A stretch of 64,000 nt of DNA, taken from sequence record KM606994, one strand, 5' to 3'. The notes beneath the pieces were generated by a model. That model saw nothing but the letters and a program-made list of their open reading frames with translations. It was not told where the DNA came from and did no database searches. The DNA is from Escherichia phage RB3. The translations under genes were made by a program, and so were the position numbers. This document shows, in pieces, positions 1-9,881 of the stretch (positions are counted from its first letter, which is position 1; the number at the start of each line of letters is the position of its first letter).

Positions 1-613
1 CTTCAGCGGTAAATACTTCGCCTTTTGCTTCGGCATTCCAAACGCATTTATTTGCATCAACTAATCCAGCATGGTCTACTGTAAAATTATAATCTTGGAC
101 GACAGAATCTAAATCATTTGGCAATTTAATAAGCTCTTCAAATTTACCGCGACCTAAAAGTGGAGCCATTTTAAATTTAAATGTATTGCAGAATGATTCC
201 ATCATATAATCATCGACATAAGTCACATCACCACTTTCTGTAGTAACAATAATGTCAAATACATAAAAATCTTTATCGCCATAATCAACATTCTTCTGAA
301 TGCCAGGTCCAGCGAATTCGCCAAAGACTTGATAAGATACAACTGCTGAAGTTTCCATAATATCTTGTACTGCTTTAATGGAATCAGCGTAATTCTTTAA
401 AATAATTTCATACCCAAAGAAATCTTCAGCAGGAAGAATAGGACCAGTACGTTTAGCGCAAGTTACTTTATCACGCTCAATAATCAATGAGAAATTTGTG
501 CCGTGAATTTTTTCACGAGCTACCCATTCGCCGCCAGTCAATCCCAGGCTATAAAGTTTTTCAATAAATTTAGAGTTGTAATGATTTTCAAGACTGCTAT
601 ACTTTTTAAACAT
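1..613 (-). CDS. rnlB: RNA ligase 2 (Rnl2), N-terminal part; gene runs off the window edge
   Basis: Minus-strand ORF from ATG at 611-613 translating [20 protein letters not shown]...EKIHGTNFS (nucleotidyltransferase motif I KxHG); matches recalled T4 Rnl2 N-terminus; absent from ORF track because truncated. Confidence 0.8.
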   Translation of the reverse strand, partial: MFKKYSSLENHYNSKFIEKLYSLGLTGGEWVAREKIHGTNFSLIIERDKVTCAKRTGPILPAEDFFGYEIILKNYADSIKAVQDIMETSAVVSYQVFGEFAGPGIQKNVDYGDKDFYVFDIIVTTESGDVTYVDDYMMESFCNTFKFKMAPLLGRGKFEELIKLPNDLDSVVQDYNFTVDHAGLVDANKCVWNAEAKGEVFTAE

Positions 614-622
614 AATTAATCC

Positions 623-901
623 TCAAAATGTAATTTCTAACCAATCACCATCACGCTGATCACTATTGACTTTAAAGCTAAATCCTTCTTTTCTCAGCCA
701 ATCACCAATTTCTTCAGTAATCAATTTATCACGAGCAATACAATAATAATTAAAATGTGTTTTACCTTGTTCAGCTGCTTTATTAGCAAGTTCCGAAAAA
801 TCTTTAATAAAACACTCTAGCTTAAACTGTTTACTTTTAAATGCTTTTTCGCGTAATTGATTAGCAAAAGATTCATTTTCATAAAGATCATACTGTTCCA
901 T
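623..901 (-). CDS. hypothetical protein (T4 24.2 position)
   Basis: ORF track 92 aa, ATG start, tightly packed between rnlB and hoc. Confidence 0.5.
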   Translation of the reverse strand: MEQYDLYENESFANQLREKAFKSKQFKLECFIKDFSELANKAAEQGKTHFNYYCIARDKLITEEIGDWLRKEGFSFKVNSDQRDGDWLEITF

Positions 902-1103
902 TTTTCACCTTTTTATTGATATGTCTTTTTCTATAGACAACTTTTTCTCGAGTTTCAAATTTATTCTTAGCAGTCATAGCTCGAGCCCATAATACAGCCA
1001 CTTCTTTTGCCTGCAAGTTTAATTCACGAGCAATTTCAATGAATGACTTTCCAGACTCATGAAGAGTAAACACCACAATCTCAGTTCTCATAATCAATCT
1101 CAT
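888..1103 (-). CDS. hypothetical small basic protein (T4 24.3 position)
   Basis: ORF track 71 aa; overlaps downstream ORF by 14 nt. Confidence 0.45.
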   Translation of the reverse strand: MRLIMRTEIVVFTLHESGKSFIEIARELNLQAKEVAVLWARAMTAKNKFETREKVVYRKRHINKKVKNGTV

Positions 1104-1159
1104 GTTATCGAGTTGGTGCCATTATATACATCATTTTCTGATTGTGTTTTTGTGTGCTT

Positions 1160-1190
1160 TCAAAATGAAGAAAGGGGCCGAAGCCCCTTA
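1160..1190 (-). terminator. intrinsic terminator downstream of hoc
   Basis: Minus strand GGGGC-UUCG-GCCCC stem-loop followed by TTTCTTCATTTT. Confidence 0.6.
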
Positions 1191-1193
1191 TGA

Positions 1194-2324
1194 TTATGGA
1201 TAGGTATAGATGATACCAGTTTCTAAAGCAGTTTTGTGAATGATGTATCCATTACGCGATTCTTGGACATCAACTTCTGGATAATCTTTCATCATCTTCT
1301 GAAGAGTGTAACGATGCAGGTAGTATTTACTATCTGGATCTTCAGTTTTCCAATCTTTACCTTCTTCAGTCATTTTTTGGATTTCATCCATAACCCACCA
1401 ACCGCACCAGATGTAAGCTGAAGTACGATGTGGAAGAGGATGAACATAAGGTAATTCACCTTCTGGTTCCGGAGCAACTTTATCAGTTACCTGAACTTGA
1501 CCTTCTGCCGTAATAGTTTTGCTATCATAATCAGCAGCAGTAACAGTTGCAGTAACTTCAATAGTTTGACTTCCAATAGATGAGGTATCAACGGTATATA
1601 CATTAGTTGACCCTTCTACAGGAGAAGAATCTTTCTTCCATGAATACGCAATTTGCGCTTCTTCTGGAGCATTAGTGACATTAGCGGTAAATGTAGCCGA
1701 AGCATCTTGCTGCACGTTAATAGAAGGAGGAGTCAATGTAACCTGTGGATTCATTGTCTTCTTATTAACCGTTAATGATACTTCATTCGAAGTAACTTCC
1801 TTTTCATTGTAATTTTCAGCAGTTACTTGGGCTACGCATTTAATTCTTTTTACTCCACTTGTAGTTGGAGTATAGCTAAATGTAGAGTTAGTTTCTCCAC
1901 CAACTTGTGAATCATCTACATACCACTGATACGTAGCAGACGCTCCAACGGGTTGAGAAGCTAAGGCAGCAGTAAATTGAACTGGGGTTCCAATTACTCC
2001 AGCTGAAGGACTATCAGGAGTTACTGCCAAGGTAGTTGTCTGTGTCTTATTTTGAACTGTGATAGTTGTACTAATTTCAGCTGTTTCAGCTTCAGAATCA
2101 GGAATAGTATTTGTTGCAACTACCTTAATAGTTTTTTGACCAGCAGGTCCTTTTAATACATAATCAAAAGTTGCTGCTGATCCTTCTTGGGGAGCATTAT
2201 CTACGCTCCAAGCATAGGTAATAGTTCCACCTCCAGTTTCACCACTGGGTGTAGCAGTAAACTGCTTGGTTTCATCAATAACCCCTGTTGGTGTTTTAGG
2301 AGTTATATCAACTGTAAAAGCCAT
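1194..2324 (-). CDS. hoc: Hoc, highly immunogenic outer capsid protein with tandem Ig-like domains
   Basis: 376 aa, equal to recalled T4 Hoc length; three S/T-rich repeated Ig-like modules plus C-terminal capsid-binding region; position between rnlB and inh. Confidence 0.85.
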   Translation of the reverse strand: MAFTVDITPKTPTGVIDETKQFTATPSGETGGGTITYAWSVDNAPQEGSAATFDYVLKGPAGQKTIKVVATNTIPDSEAETAEISTTITVQNKTQTTTLAVTPDSPSAGVIGTPVQFTAALASQPVGASATYQWYVDDSQVGGETNSTFSYTPTTSGVKRIKCVAQVTAENYNEKEVTSNEVSLTVNKKTMNPQVTLTPPSINVQQDASATFTANVTNAPEEAQIAYSWKKDSSPVEGSTNVYTVDTSSIGSQTIEVTATVTAADYDSKTITAEGQVQVTDKVAPEPEGELPYVHPLPHRTSAYIWCGWWVMDEIQKMTEEGKDWKTEDPDSKYYLHRYTLQKMMKDYPEVDVQESRNGYIIHKTALETGIIYTYP

Positions 2325-2333
2325 AAGTTATCC

Positions 2334-3014
2334 TTATTTTAATGTTACGAAAGAAGAATTGCGTGTTTCACGAATTAGAACTGATCCATCACGATTAATG
2401 TAGTAAATTAAGCTAAATAAAGTTTGGTGTGCCGACGCGTGTTCAAAACTAGTTGGGTGAGATTTCCAATCCGGAGTTTCAGCAATCCACTGGTAAATCC
2501 ACCAAGGAACCGTGCAGAATCCTGGATTTTTTCCAATCAGCTGAAGATTCGGACTAAAGTTTTCCGGAAGAGTAAATACAGACGGCTTTTCAGATTCAAC
2601 AATCTCAGCTACAGCCTGTTCGAATTTTTCTTCAACAAAAGGAGTATCTTCAATCAAAACTGAGGTATTTTCAGGAATTTTATCCGTTTCTACTACTTCA
2701 ATTTTAATGTCAGATTTAACCGGAGAATCAATCAGAAGTGCTGCTTCTGGATTGACTTCTTCATCGTCATATTTTAATCCCTCTGCGGCATCAGCAGCAT
2801 CAATTAGGTCTTTAATAGATAACCCATCAGTCTCAGGCATAGGTTCACTAGCGAGCTTCTGGAGGGCTTCTTCAATATCAACAACGATATTATCAAAAGA
2901 TTTATTCTTTTTGACCTTTATACCAAACTGTTCAGCATATTCAGCTAATTTAGCTTTAGCTTCTTTATTATCATCAAGAGCCTTCAGCTCTGCAATATAA
3001 TCTTTATCTATCAT
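2334..3014 (-). CDS. inh: Inh, inhibitor of prohead protease gp21
   Basis: 226 aa acidic protein immediately upstream of hoc, as in T4. Confidence 0.75.
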   Translation of the reverse strand: MIDKDYIAELKALDDNKEAKAKLAEYAEQFGIKVKKNKSFDNIVVDIEEALQKLASEPMPETDGLSIKDLIDAADAAEGLKYDDEEVNPEAALLIDSPVKSDIKIEVVETDKIPENTSVLIEDTPFVEEKFEQAVAEIVESEKPSVFTLPENFSPNLQLIGKNPGFCTVPWWIYQWIAETPDWKSHPTSFEHASAHQTLFSLIYYINRDGSVLIRETRNSSFVTLK

Positions 3015-3027
3015 AATATTTCCTCAG

Positions 3028-3035
3028 TATAAATA
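3028..3035 (+). promoter_or_regulatory. late promoter TATAAATA upstream of segE
   Basis: Exact TATAAATA ~29 nt upstream of segE ATG. Confidence 0.5.
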
Positions 3036-3063
3036 TAGATATATTTATTACTCGGAAAATAGT

Positions 3064-3681
3064 ATGTACCACTTTGTATATGAAACAACAAATCTAATAA
3101 ATGGTAAAAAGTATATAGGAAAACACTCTACTGATGACTTGAATGATGGTTACCTTGGTTCCGGTAAGGCAATTCAGCAGGCTATAAAGAAATATGGTGA
3201 AAACAATTTCTCTAGAACAATACTAAAAGAGTTTAAAACTTCCGAAGAAGCGTACATGTATGAAGAAGAAATTATAACTCCTGAACTAATAAAAAGCAAA
3301 AATTATTATAATATGAAACCTGGTGGAATTGGTGGAATTGTTATGACTACAGAGGTTATAGCAAAGATGAAAGAATCTTCCGCTAAAAGATTTGAAAACT
3401 CACCAGGCACGGTATTAGGTAAAACTTGTTACACTAATGGAACTAAAAATATTTTTATTAAACCTGGAGAACTTGTTCCAGAAGGATTTGTAAAAGGGAT
3501 GGTTCATCCTAATAGAAAGTCCAGAAAAGGATGTAAAGTCAAACCGACTACCACAGGAACTTTTTGGGTCAATAATGGCGCAATAAATAAATTAATACAA
3601 CCAGACGGTATTATTCCCGACGGATTTATTAAAGGTCGTCTCATGAAAAGAGATTCTAAAGGCAAATTTAGTAAGGCATAA
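3064..3681 (+). CDS. segE: SegE GIY-YIG homing endonuclease
   Basis: 205 aa; N-terminal GIY-YIG-type motif (FVYETTN...KYIGK); free-standing between inh and uvsW as in T4. Confidence 0.8.
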   Translation: MYHFVYETTNLINGKKYIGKHSTDDLNDGYLGSGKAIQQAIKKYGENNFSRTILKEFKTSEEAYMYEEEIITPELIKSKNYYNMKPGGIGGIVMTTEVIAKMKESSAKRFENSPGTVLGKTCYTNGTKNIFIKPGELVPEGFVKGMVHPNRKSRKGCKVKPTTTGTFWVNNGAINKLIQPDGIIPDGFIKGRLMKRDSKGKFSKA

Positions 3682-3683
3682 TT

Positions 3684-5192
3684 ATGGATATTAAAGTACA
3701 TTTTCACGACTTCAGTCATGTACGCATCGATTGTGAAGAGAGCACGTTCCACGAATTAAGAGATTTCTTTTCGTTTGAGGCCGATGGATATAGATTTAAC
3801 CCTCGCTTCAGATATGGCAACTGGGATGGACGAATCCGTCTGTTAGATTATAATCGTCTTCTTCCATTCGGCTTAGTCGGGCAAATTAAAAAGTTCTGTG
3901 ATAACTTTGGCTATAAAGCTTGGATTGACCCGCAAATTAACGAAAAAGAAGAATTATCAAGAAAAGATTTTGATGAATGGCTTTCTAAATTAGAAATCTA
4001 TTCAGGAAATAAAAGAATTGAACCGCACTGGTATCAAAAAGATGCAGTGTTCGAAGGATTAGTTAATCGTCGTAGAATTCTTAATCTTCCAACATCTGCA
4101 GGTAAATCTTTAATTCAAGCTTTGCTTGCGCGATATTATTTGGAAAATTATGAAGGTAAAATTCTTATCATTGTTCCAACAACTGCTTTAACAACTCAGA
4201 TGGCTGATGACTTCGTTGACTATCGTTTATTCAGTCATGCAATGATAAAGAAAATCGGCGGCGGAGCATCAAAAGATGATAAATATAAAAATGATGCACC
4301 AGTCGTTGTTGGTACATGGCAAACTGTAGTAAAACAACCAAAAGAATGGTTCTCACAATTTGGAATGATGATGAATGATGAATGTCATCTTGCTACAGGA
4401 AAAAGTATTTCATCTATCATATCAGGTTTAAATAACTGCATGTTCAAATTTGGTCTATCGGGTTCATTACGTGATGGCAAAGCCAATATCATGCAGTATG
4501 TTGGAATGTTTGGTGAAATATTTAAACCAGTAACGACTTCTAAATTAATGGAAGATGGACAAGTAACTGAGCTAAAAATTAATAGTATTTTTCTTCGCTA
4601 TCCCGATGAGTTCACTACTAAATTAAAGGGAAAAACTTACCAAGAAGAAATAAAAATTATTACTGGGCTTAGTAAAAGAAATAAATGGATCGCTAAATTA
4701 GCTATTAAGCTTGCACAAAAAGATGAAAACGCTTTTGTCATGTTTAAACATGTATCGCATGGTAAAGCTATTTTCGATTTAATTAAAAATGAATACGATA
4801 AAGTTTATTACGTATCAGGGGAAGTTGATACCGAAACCCGCAACGTAATGAAAACCTTAGCTGAAAATGGTAAAGGAATAATTATAGTAGCTAGTTATGG
4901 TGTATTTTCTACTGGTATTTCAGTTAAAAATCTGCATCACGTTGTTTTAGCGCACGGTGTTAAATCTAAAATTATTGTATTGCAAACAATCGGTCGTGTA
5001 TTACGTAAGCATGGTTCTAAAACAATCGCAACAGTCTGGGACCTCATAGATGATTGTGGTGTTAAGCCAAAATCTGCTAATACTAAAAAGAAATATGTTC
5101 ATTTGAACTATCTTTTAAAACACGGCATTGATCGTATTCAGCGCTACGCAGATGAAAAATTTAATTACGTAATGAAAACAGTTAATTTATAA
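3684..5192 (+). CDS. uvsW: UvsW DNA helicase
   Basis: 502 aa; helicase motif I PTSAGKS and motif II DECH. Confidence 0.9.
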   Translation: MDIKVHFHDFSHVRIDCEESTFHELRDFFSFEADGYRFNPRFRYGNWDGRIRLLDYNRLLPFGLVGQIKKFCDNFGYKAWIDPQINEKEELSRKDFDEWLSKLEIYSGNKRIEPHWYQKDAVFEGLVNRRRILNLPTSAGKSLIQALLARYYLENYEGKILIIVPTTALTTQMADDFVDYRLFSHAMIKKIGGGASKDDKYKNDAPVVVGTWQTVVKQPKEWFSQFGMMMNDECHLATGKSISSIISGLNNCMFKFGLSGSLRDGKANIMQYVGMFGEIFKPVTTSKLMEDGQVTELKINSIFLRYPDEFTTKLKGKTYQEEIKIITGLSKRNKWIAKLAIKLAQKDENAFVMFKHVSHGKAIFDLIKNEYDKVYYVSGEVDTETRNVMKTLAENGKGIIIVASYGVFSTGISVKNLHHVVLAHGVKSKIIVLQTIGRVLRKHGSKTIATVWDLIDDCGVKPKSANTKKKYVHLNYLLKHGIDRIQRYADEKFNYVMKTVNL

Positions 5193-5207
5193 GGGCTTCG
5201 GCCCTTT
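5193..5207 (+). terminator. RNA hairpin after uvsW (weak terminator or stability element)
   Basis: AAGGGC-UUCG-GCCCUU stem-loop, short U tract. Confidence 0.35.
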
Positions 5208-5217
5208 GGAGAAAAAG

Positions 5218-5448
5218 ATGTTACTAGAATTTAAACAATTTCTTTATGAAGCTTCTATTGATGAATTTATGGGTAAAATTGCCTCTTGCCAAACATTAGA
5301 AGGTCTAGAAGAACTTGAAGCTTATTATAAGAAAAGAGTTAAAGAAACTGAATTAAAAGATACTGATGACATCTCTGTGAGAGATGCTTTGGCAGGAAAA
5401 AGAGCTGAATTAGAAGATTCAGACGATGAAGTAGAAGAAAGCTTTTAA
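5218..5448 (+). CDS. uvsW.1: UvsW.1 small acidic protein
   Basis: ORF track start at 5206 is TTG; ATG at 5218 with GGAG 6 nt upstream gives 76 aa. Confidence 0.6.
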   Translation: MLLEFKQFLYEASIDEFMGKIASCQTLEGLEELEAYYKKRVKETELKDTDDISVRDALAGKRAELEDSDDEVEESF

Positions 5449-5503
5449 ATTAAAAAAGGCCCAACCAAAAAGGAAGGGCCAAAACTATAGACTAAAGGTC
5501 ACA

Positions 5504-5671
5504 CTATAGCAAAAGTTGTGTTTCATTTAATTGTTCTTCCGAACTTTCTGAAACTGGTAGTTCTTTAATGTAATTATAGCAAGGCCCAGGATGTACAGGA
5601 CCTTTGTCTGTTTCAACAACCAATGCAGAATCGATTGGAGTTTTACAGACAACACAAATCTTATCTGACAT
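5504..5671 (-). CDS. hypothetical 55-aa protein downstream of uvsY
   Basis: Hand-translated MSDKIVVVCKTPIDSALVVETDKGPVHPGPCYNYIKELPVSESSEEQLNETQLLL; ATG preceded by GAGGAG; below ORF-track size cutoff. Confidence 0.5.
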   Translation of the reverse strand: MSDKICVVCKTPIDSALVVETDKGPVHPGPCYNYIKELPVSESSEEQLNETQLLL

Positions 5672-5696
5672 GATTGTCTCCTCTGAATTATATATC

Positions 5697-5704
5697 TATT
5701 TATA
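5697..5704 (-). promoter_or_regulatory. late promoter TATAAATA (minus strand)
   Basis: Exact TATAAATA on minus strand ~25 nt upstream of the 55-aa ORF start. Confidence 0.45.
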
Positions 5705-5924
5705 CAACTCTCATATGCATATCAATGCCCATATCTTTAGAATAAAAATATTCATCAAGATATCCGGAAAATTTTCCTTTAATATAAAGGACATCTTCAC
5801 CACACGGGTGGTCGGCCAGGATACGAATATCCTGACGCTTAAGATTATGCTTTTTCATTAAGAATTGAATTTCCGTTTCAAATTCTTCTTCATAATTAAA
5901 AGCATCATCAATGCTATATCTCAT
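5700..5924 (-). CDS. hypothetical protein directly downstream of uvsY
   Basis: ORF track 74 aa; ATG start overlapping uvsY stop. Confidence 0.55.
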   Translation of the reverse strand: MRYSIDDAFNYEEEFETEIQFLMKKHNLKRQDIRILADHPCGEDVLYIKGKFSGYLDEYFYSKDMGIDMHMRVV

Positions 5925-6337
5925 TATTTTCCAGCCTCAAATGCTCGCATGTCTTGAATATGCTTAATAGCAAATCCACGTGATTTGATAGCATCAAGAG
6001 CTCCGCTACAGAAATCTAATAAAATTCCCCAATATTGTAATGAAGTATCAACCTTTAAAACATCCTTATCAGCTGATAGAACTGTCTTCATTTCTGATTT
6101 CTCGTAACGATCCATACTAAATTCATCACCATCTCCTCGTCCCGAGTAGTAGTCTAATCTAGCTTTAAGAGCAACTTTTTTCTGTGCTTCAATTCTAAGC
6201 ATTTCCTTTTTAATACTTGAATGCTTATTAAGCCATTTACTATATAACATCACATTATTAGCTGCTTCATACTGTAATTTAGTCGAATCTATAAACACAT
6301 CTTTCTTCAATTCTTCTTGAAGATCTTCTAATCTCAT
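5924..6337 (-). CDS. uvsY: UvsY recombination mediator
   Basis: 137 aa, equal to T4 UvsY; MotA-type middle promoter upstream. Confidence 0.9.
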   Translation of the reverse strand: MRLEDLQEELKKDVFIDSTKLQYEAANNVMLYSKWLNKHSSIKKEMLRIEAQKKVALKARLDYYSGRGDGDEFSMDRYEKSEMKTVLSADKDVLKVDTSLQYWGILLDFCSGALDAIKSRGFAIKHIQDMRAFEAGK

Positions 6338-6377
6338 ATTGTTCTCTATTCAATTGTTATTGGATGGACTTAGATTC

Positions 6378-6405
6378 ATTATACCACGTTTATACGTGAA
6401 GCATT
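6378..6405 (-). promoter_or_regulatory. MotA-dependent middle promoter of uvsY
   Basis: Minus strand AATGCTTCA (MotA box), 12 nt spacer, GTATAAT. Confidence 0.6.
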
Positions 6406-6802
6406 ATACTCTATTACTAGAAGCCAATTGCAGTTTTATCTGCTCAATATCATCGGGGTTATCGATGACCGAAAAGCGTATTTCTACTATCAGAGTATAA
6501 TCATCATAAACGGGTATCACATTAACTGATAATTTATCAATACGCGGCTCATAGTTTCTTACTGCGCTTTCGATATTGCGCTCAACTGTATCAGCAGTAA
6601 GAGGAGTCATATTTTCAAAAAGCTGGTCTGATAAATCACATCCAAATTCAGGGTCAAACGGTCTTGAACCTTTTCTTGTTGTAATAATTCCCAAAAGACT
6701 GTTTTTAATTGACCTTAATCCAAGTGATCTGGAAACATCTTTGTTCCAATCCATTTTCATTTCCGGGTCAATATCAGAATAAAGCTTATTAATATTTGCC
6801 AT
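6404..6802 (-). CDS. 25: baseplate wedge protein gp25
   Basis: 132 aa, equal to T4 gp25; adjacent to 26. Confidence 0.9.
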   Translation of the reverse strand: MANINKLYSDIDPEMKMDWNKDVSRSLGLRSIKNSLLGIITTRKGSRPFDPEFGCDLSDQLFENMTPLTADTVERNIESAVRNYEPRIDKLSVNVIPVYDDYTLIVEIRFSVIDNPDDIEQIKLQLASSNRV

Positions 6803-7428
6803 TATAGTAACTCAAAGAACTCTTTGAGGCCTCTTATTACGTGAGCATGGGTTTTTCCACACTCTGGACACTTAATTGGAACAGCCAAATAAACGGTAGG
6901 CTTTAAAAGCATATCTTTTATAGCTACAATATCTGACTCTGTGATGATAGAATATAAATCTTCTAGTTCCTTTTCATTTAAGTCTTCAACTGGAATGCTT
7001 TCCCCGTTAGCATGAATCGTTTCTATACATGATACTATCATGTGGGCTATATTTTTATCATCAAAAATTTTAGGGTATCGGAATTTAATTTTAATGTCAC
7101 CCAGTGTATACCAGAGGTCTTCTGGCGCATCTATTTGTGTGTGTAATAGATTTATATGGGTTGGTATTTCAGTTCCACAGGTGCACTTCCAGGAGTTTTC
7201 GTGATTAACTTCGCCGAGAGAATGTGCCCATAAATGAATCAACAATAGTTCTGATTCTTGGCGGTTTAAATCTTTTGCATTTGTGCAGTCTTTGATTAGC
7301 TTTTTAACAATTACTTCTACAGAACCATTATTTTTGGCAGTAATAAGTTCTAGATATTCTTTAAGCGTGAATGCGCGACAATTGATTATTTTAGAACCAA
7401 CTCTCACATCAAATTTGTATTCATACAT
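6802..7428 (-). CDS. 26: baseplate hub protein gp26
   Basis: 208 aa; late promoter 22 nt upstream. Confidence 0.85.
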   Translation of the reverse strand: MYEYKFDVRVGSKIINCRAFTLKEYLELITAKNNGSVEVIVKKLIKDCTNAKDLNRQESELLLIHLWAHSLGEVNHENSWKCTCGTEIPTHINLLHTQIDAPEDLWYTLGDIKIKFRYPKIFDDKNIAHMIVSCIETIHANGESIPVEDLNEKELEDLYSIITESDIVAIKDMLLKPTVYLAVPIKCPECGKTHAHVIRGLKEFFELL

Positions 7429-7449
7429 ATTTAGCTCCTTTATTTATCA

Positions 7450-7457
7450 TATTTATA
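7450..7457 (-). promoter_or_regulatory. late promoter of gene 26
   Basis: TATAAATA on minus strand 22 nt upstream of gene 26 start. Confidence 0.7.
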
Positions 7458-7461
7458 AATA
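7454..7461 (+). promoter_or_regulatory. late promoter of gene 51
   Basis: TATAAATA on plus strand 17 nt upstream of gene 51 ATG; overlaps the divergent P26. Confidence 0.7.
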
Positions 7462-7478
7462 GAATAAAAGGAGCATCT

Positions 7479-8228
7479 ATGGCAAACATTATTCGTTGTA
7501 AATTACCAGATGGTGTTCATCGTTTTAAACCATTTACGGTAGAAGATTATCGAGATTTTTTGTTAGTTCGAAACGATATAGAACATCGGTCACCACAAGA
7601 ACAAAAAGAAATAATTACTGATTTAATTGATGATTATTTTGGAGACTATCCGAAGACTTGGCAACCATTTATATTTTTGCAGGTATTTGTAGGGTCAATA
7701 GGTAAAACTAAAGTACCAGTCACATTCGTATGTCCAAAATGTAAAAAAGAAAAGACAGTTCCATTTGAAATATATCAAAAAGAATTAAAGGAACCTGTTT
7801 TTGATGTAGCTAATGTTAAAATTAAATTAAAGTTTCCTTCTGAGTTTTATGAAAATAAAGCAAAGATGATTACTGAAAATATTCATTCTGTTCAAGTAGA
7901 TGAAATATGGTATGATTGGAAGGAAATTAGCGAGTCCAGTCAAATAGAACTAGTTGACGCCATCGAGATAGAAACATTAGAAAAAATTCTCGATGCAATG
8001 AATCCTATTAATTTAACTCTACATATGTCATGCTGTAATAAGTACATTAAAAAATACACTGATATAGTAGACGTGTTTAAGCTATTAGTTAACCCAGATG
8101 AGATATTTACTTTTTATCAAATTAATCACACACTCGTAAAAAGTAATTATAGCTTAAATTCAATAATGAAAATGATTCCTGCTGAGCGCGGATTCGTATT
8201 AAAACTGATTGAGAAGGATAAACAATAA
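7479..8228 (+). CDS. 51: baseplate hub assembly protein gp51
   Basis: 249 aa; TATAAATA late promoter upstream; divergent from gene 26. Confidence 0.85.
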   Translation: MANIIRCKLPDGVHRFKPFTVEDYRDFLLVRNDIEHRSPQEQKEIITDLIDDYFGDYPKTWQPFIFLQVFVGSIGKTKVPVTFVCPKCKKEKTVPFEIYQKELKEPVFDVANVKIKLKFPSEFYENKAKMITENIHSVQVDEIWYDWKEISESSQIELVDAIEIETLEKILDAMNPINLTLHMSCCNKYIKKYTDIVDVFKLLVNPDEIFTFYQINHTLVKSNYSLNSIMKMIPAERGFVLKLIEKDKQ

Positions 8229-9403
8229 TGAGTATGTTGCAACGCCCCGGATATCCAAATCTCAGCGTTAAATTATTTGATAGCTACGACGCTTGGAGTA
8301 ATAATAGATTTGTTGAATTAGCTGCTACTATTACCACATTAACTATGCGGGATTCTCTTTATGGACGAAATGAAGGAATGCTGCAGTTTTATGATTCTAA
8401 AAACATCCATACAAAAATGGATGGAAATGAAATAATTCAGATTTCTGTAGCTAATGCAAATGATATTAATAATGTTAAAACACGAATTTATGGATGTAAG
8501 CATTTTTCCGTGTCAGTAGATTCAAAAGGTGATAACATCATTGCTATTGAATTGGGAACTATTCATTCTATAGAAAATCTTAAATTTGGTAGACCATTTT
8601 TCCCTGATGCAGGTGAATCTATAAAAGAAATGCTTGGTGTCATTTATCAGGATCGCACATTATTAACTCCAGCAATAAATGCTATAAATGCTTATGTTCC
8701 TGATATTCCATGGACTAGCACATTTGAAAACTATTTGTCATATGTAAGAGAAGTTGCTCTAGCTGTAGGAAGCGACAAATTTGTATTTGTGTGGCAAGAC
8801 ATCATGGGAGTTAACATGATGGACTATGATATGATGATAAATCAAGAACCATATCCAATGATTGTCGGTGAGCCATCTTTAATAGGTCAATTCATCCAAG
8901 AATTAAAATATCCATTAGCATATGATTTTGTTTGGTTGACTAAATCGAATCCTCACAAACGTGACCCAATGAAAAATGCTACTATCTATGCTCATTCATT
9001 TTTAGATTCTTCATTGCCAATGATTACTACAGGAAAGGGCGAAAACTCTATTGTAGTGTCAAGGTCAGGTGCTTATTCTGAAATGACTTATAGGAATGGA
9101 TATGAAGAAGCTATTCGTCTTCAAACTATGGCACAATATGACGGCTATGCTAAATGTTCTACTGTCGGTAATTTTAACTTGACTCCTGGCGTTAAAATTA
9201 TTTTTAATGATAGTAAAAACCAATTTAAAACAGAATTTTACGTTGATGAAGTTATCCATGAATTATCCAATAATAATTCAGTAACTCATCTATATATGTT
9301 CACTAATGCAACGAAACTGGAAACAATAGACCCAGTTAAGGTTAAAAATGAATTTAAATCTGATACTACCACTGAAGAAAGTAGTTCTTCCAATAAGCAA
9401 TAA
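8228..9403 (+). CDS. 27: baseplate hub protein gp27
   Basis: 391 aa, equal to T4 gp27. Confidence 0.9.
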   Translation: MSMLQRPGYPNLSVKLFDSYDAWSNNRFVELAATITTLTMRDSLYGRNEGMLQFYDSKNIHTKMDGNEIIQISVANANDINNVKTRIYGCKHFSVSVDSKGDNIIAIELGTIHSIENLKFGRPFFPDAGESIKEMLGVIYQDRTLLTPAINAINAYVPDIPWTSTFENYLSYVREVALAVGSDKFVFVWQDIMGVNMMDYDMMINQEPYPMIVGEPSLIGQFIQELKYPLAYDFVWLTKSNPHKRDPMKNATIYAHSFLDSSLPMITTGKGENSIVVSRSGAYSEMTYRNGYEEAIRLQTMAQYDGYAKCSTVGNFNLTPGVKIIFNDSKNQFKTEFYVDEVIHELSNNNSVTHLYMFTNATKLETIDPVKVKNEFKSDTTTEESSSSNKQ

Positions 9404-9881
9404 AGAAGTTTCTATTCCTAAAATGGGTCTTAAACATTATAACATTTTAAAAGATGTTAAAGGTCCTGATGAAAATTTAAAACTTCTTATTGATTCTATT
9501 TGTCCGAATTTATCACCGGCAGAAGTTGATTTCGTTTCTATTCATTTATTGGAATTTAATGGAAAGATTAAATCTCGTAAAGAAATAGATGGCTATACTT
9601 ATGACATTAATGATGTTTATGTGTGCCAAAGATTAGAGTTTCAATACCAAGGAAATACATTTTATTTTAGACCTCCTGGAAAATTTGAACAATTTTTAAC
9701 AGTGAGCGATATGTTATCTAAATGCTTACTTAAGGTCAATGATGAAGTTAAAGAAATTAATTTTCTTGAGATGCCAGCATTCGTTTTAAAATGGGCAAAT
9801 GATATTTTTACAACTTTAGCAATTCCTGGCCCTAATGGTCCAATAACTGGAATTGGCAATATTATTGGATTATTTGAATGA
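9348..9881 (+). CDS. 28: baseplate hub distal subunit gp28
   Basis: 177 aa; ATG start overlapping the 3' end of 27. Confidence 0.8.
   Translation: MNLNLILPLKKVVLPISNKEVSIPKMGLKHYNILKDVKGPDENLKLLIDSICPNLSPAEVDFVSIHLLEFNGKIKSRKEIDGYTYDINDVYVCQRLEFQYQGNTFYFRPPGKFEQFLTVSDMLSKCLLKVNDEVKEINFLEMPAFVLKWANDIFTTLAIPGPNGPITGIGNIIGLFE

Noticed and set aside
1236-1421. Plus-strand 61-aa ORF inside hoc; same pattern for many other antisense track ORFs (e.g. 2424-2663, 14580-14807, 17751-18005, 46846-47088, 51192-51662, 52062-52674, 53530-53844)
   Set aside because: They lie wholly inside well-supported genes on the opposite strand, have no SD or promoter, and have low-complexity translations; treated as shadow ORFs
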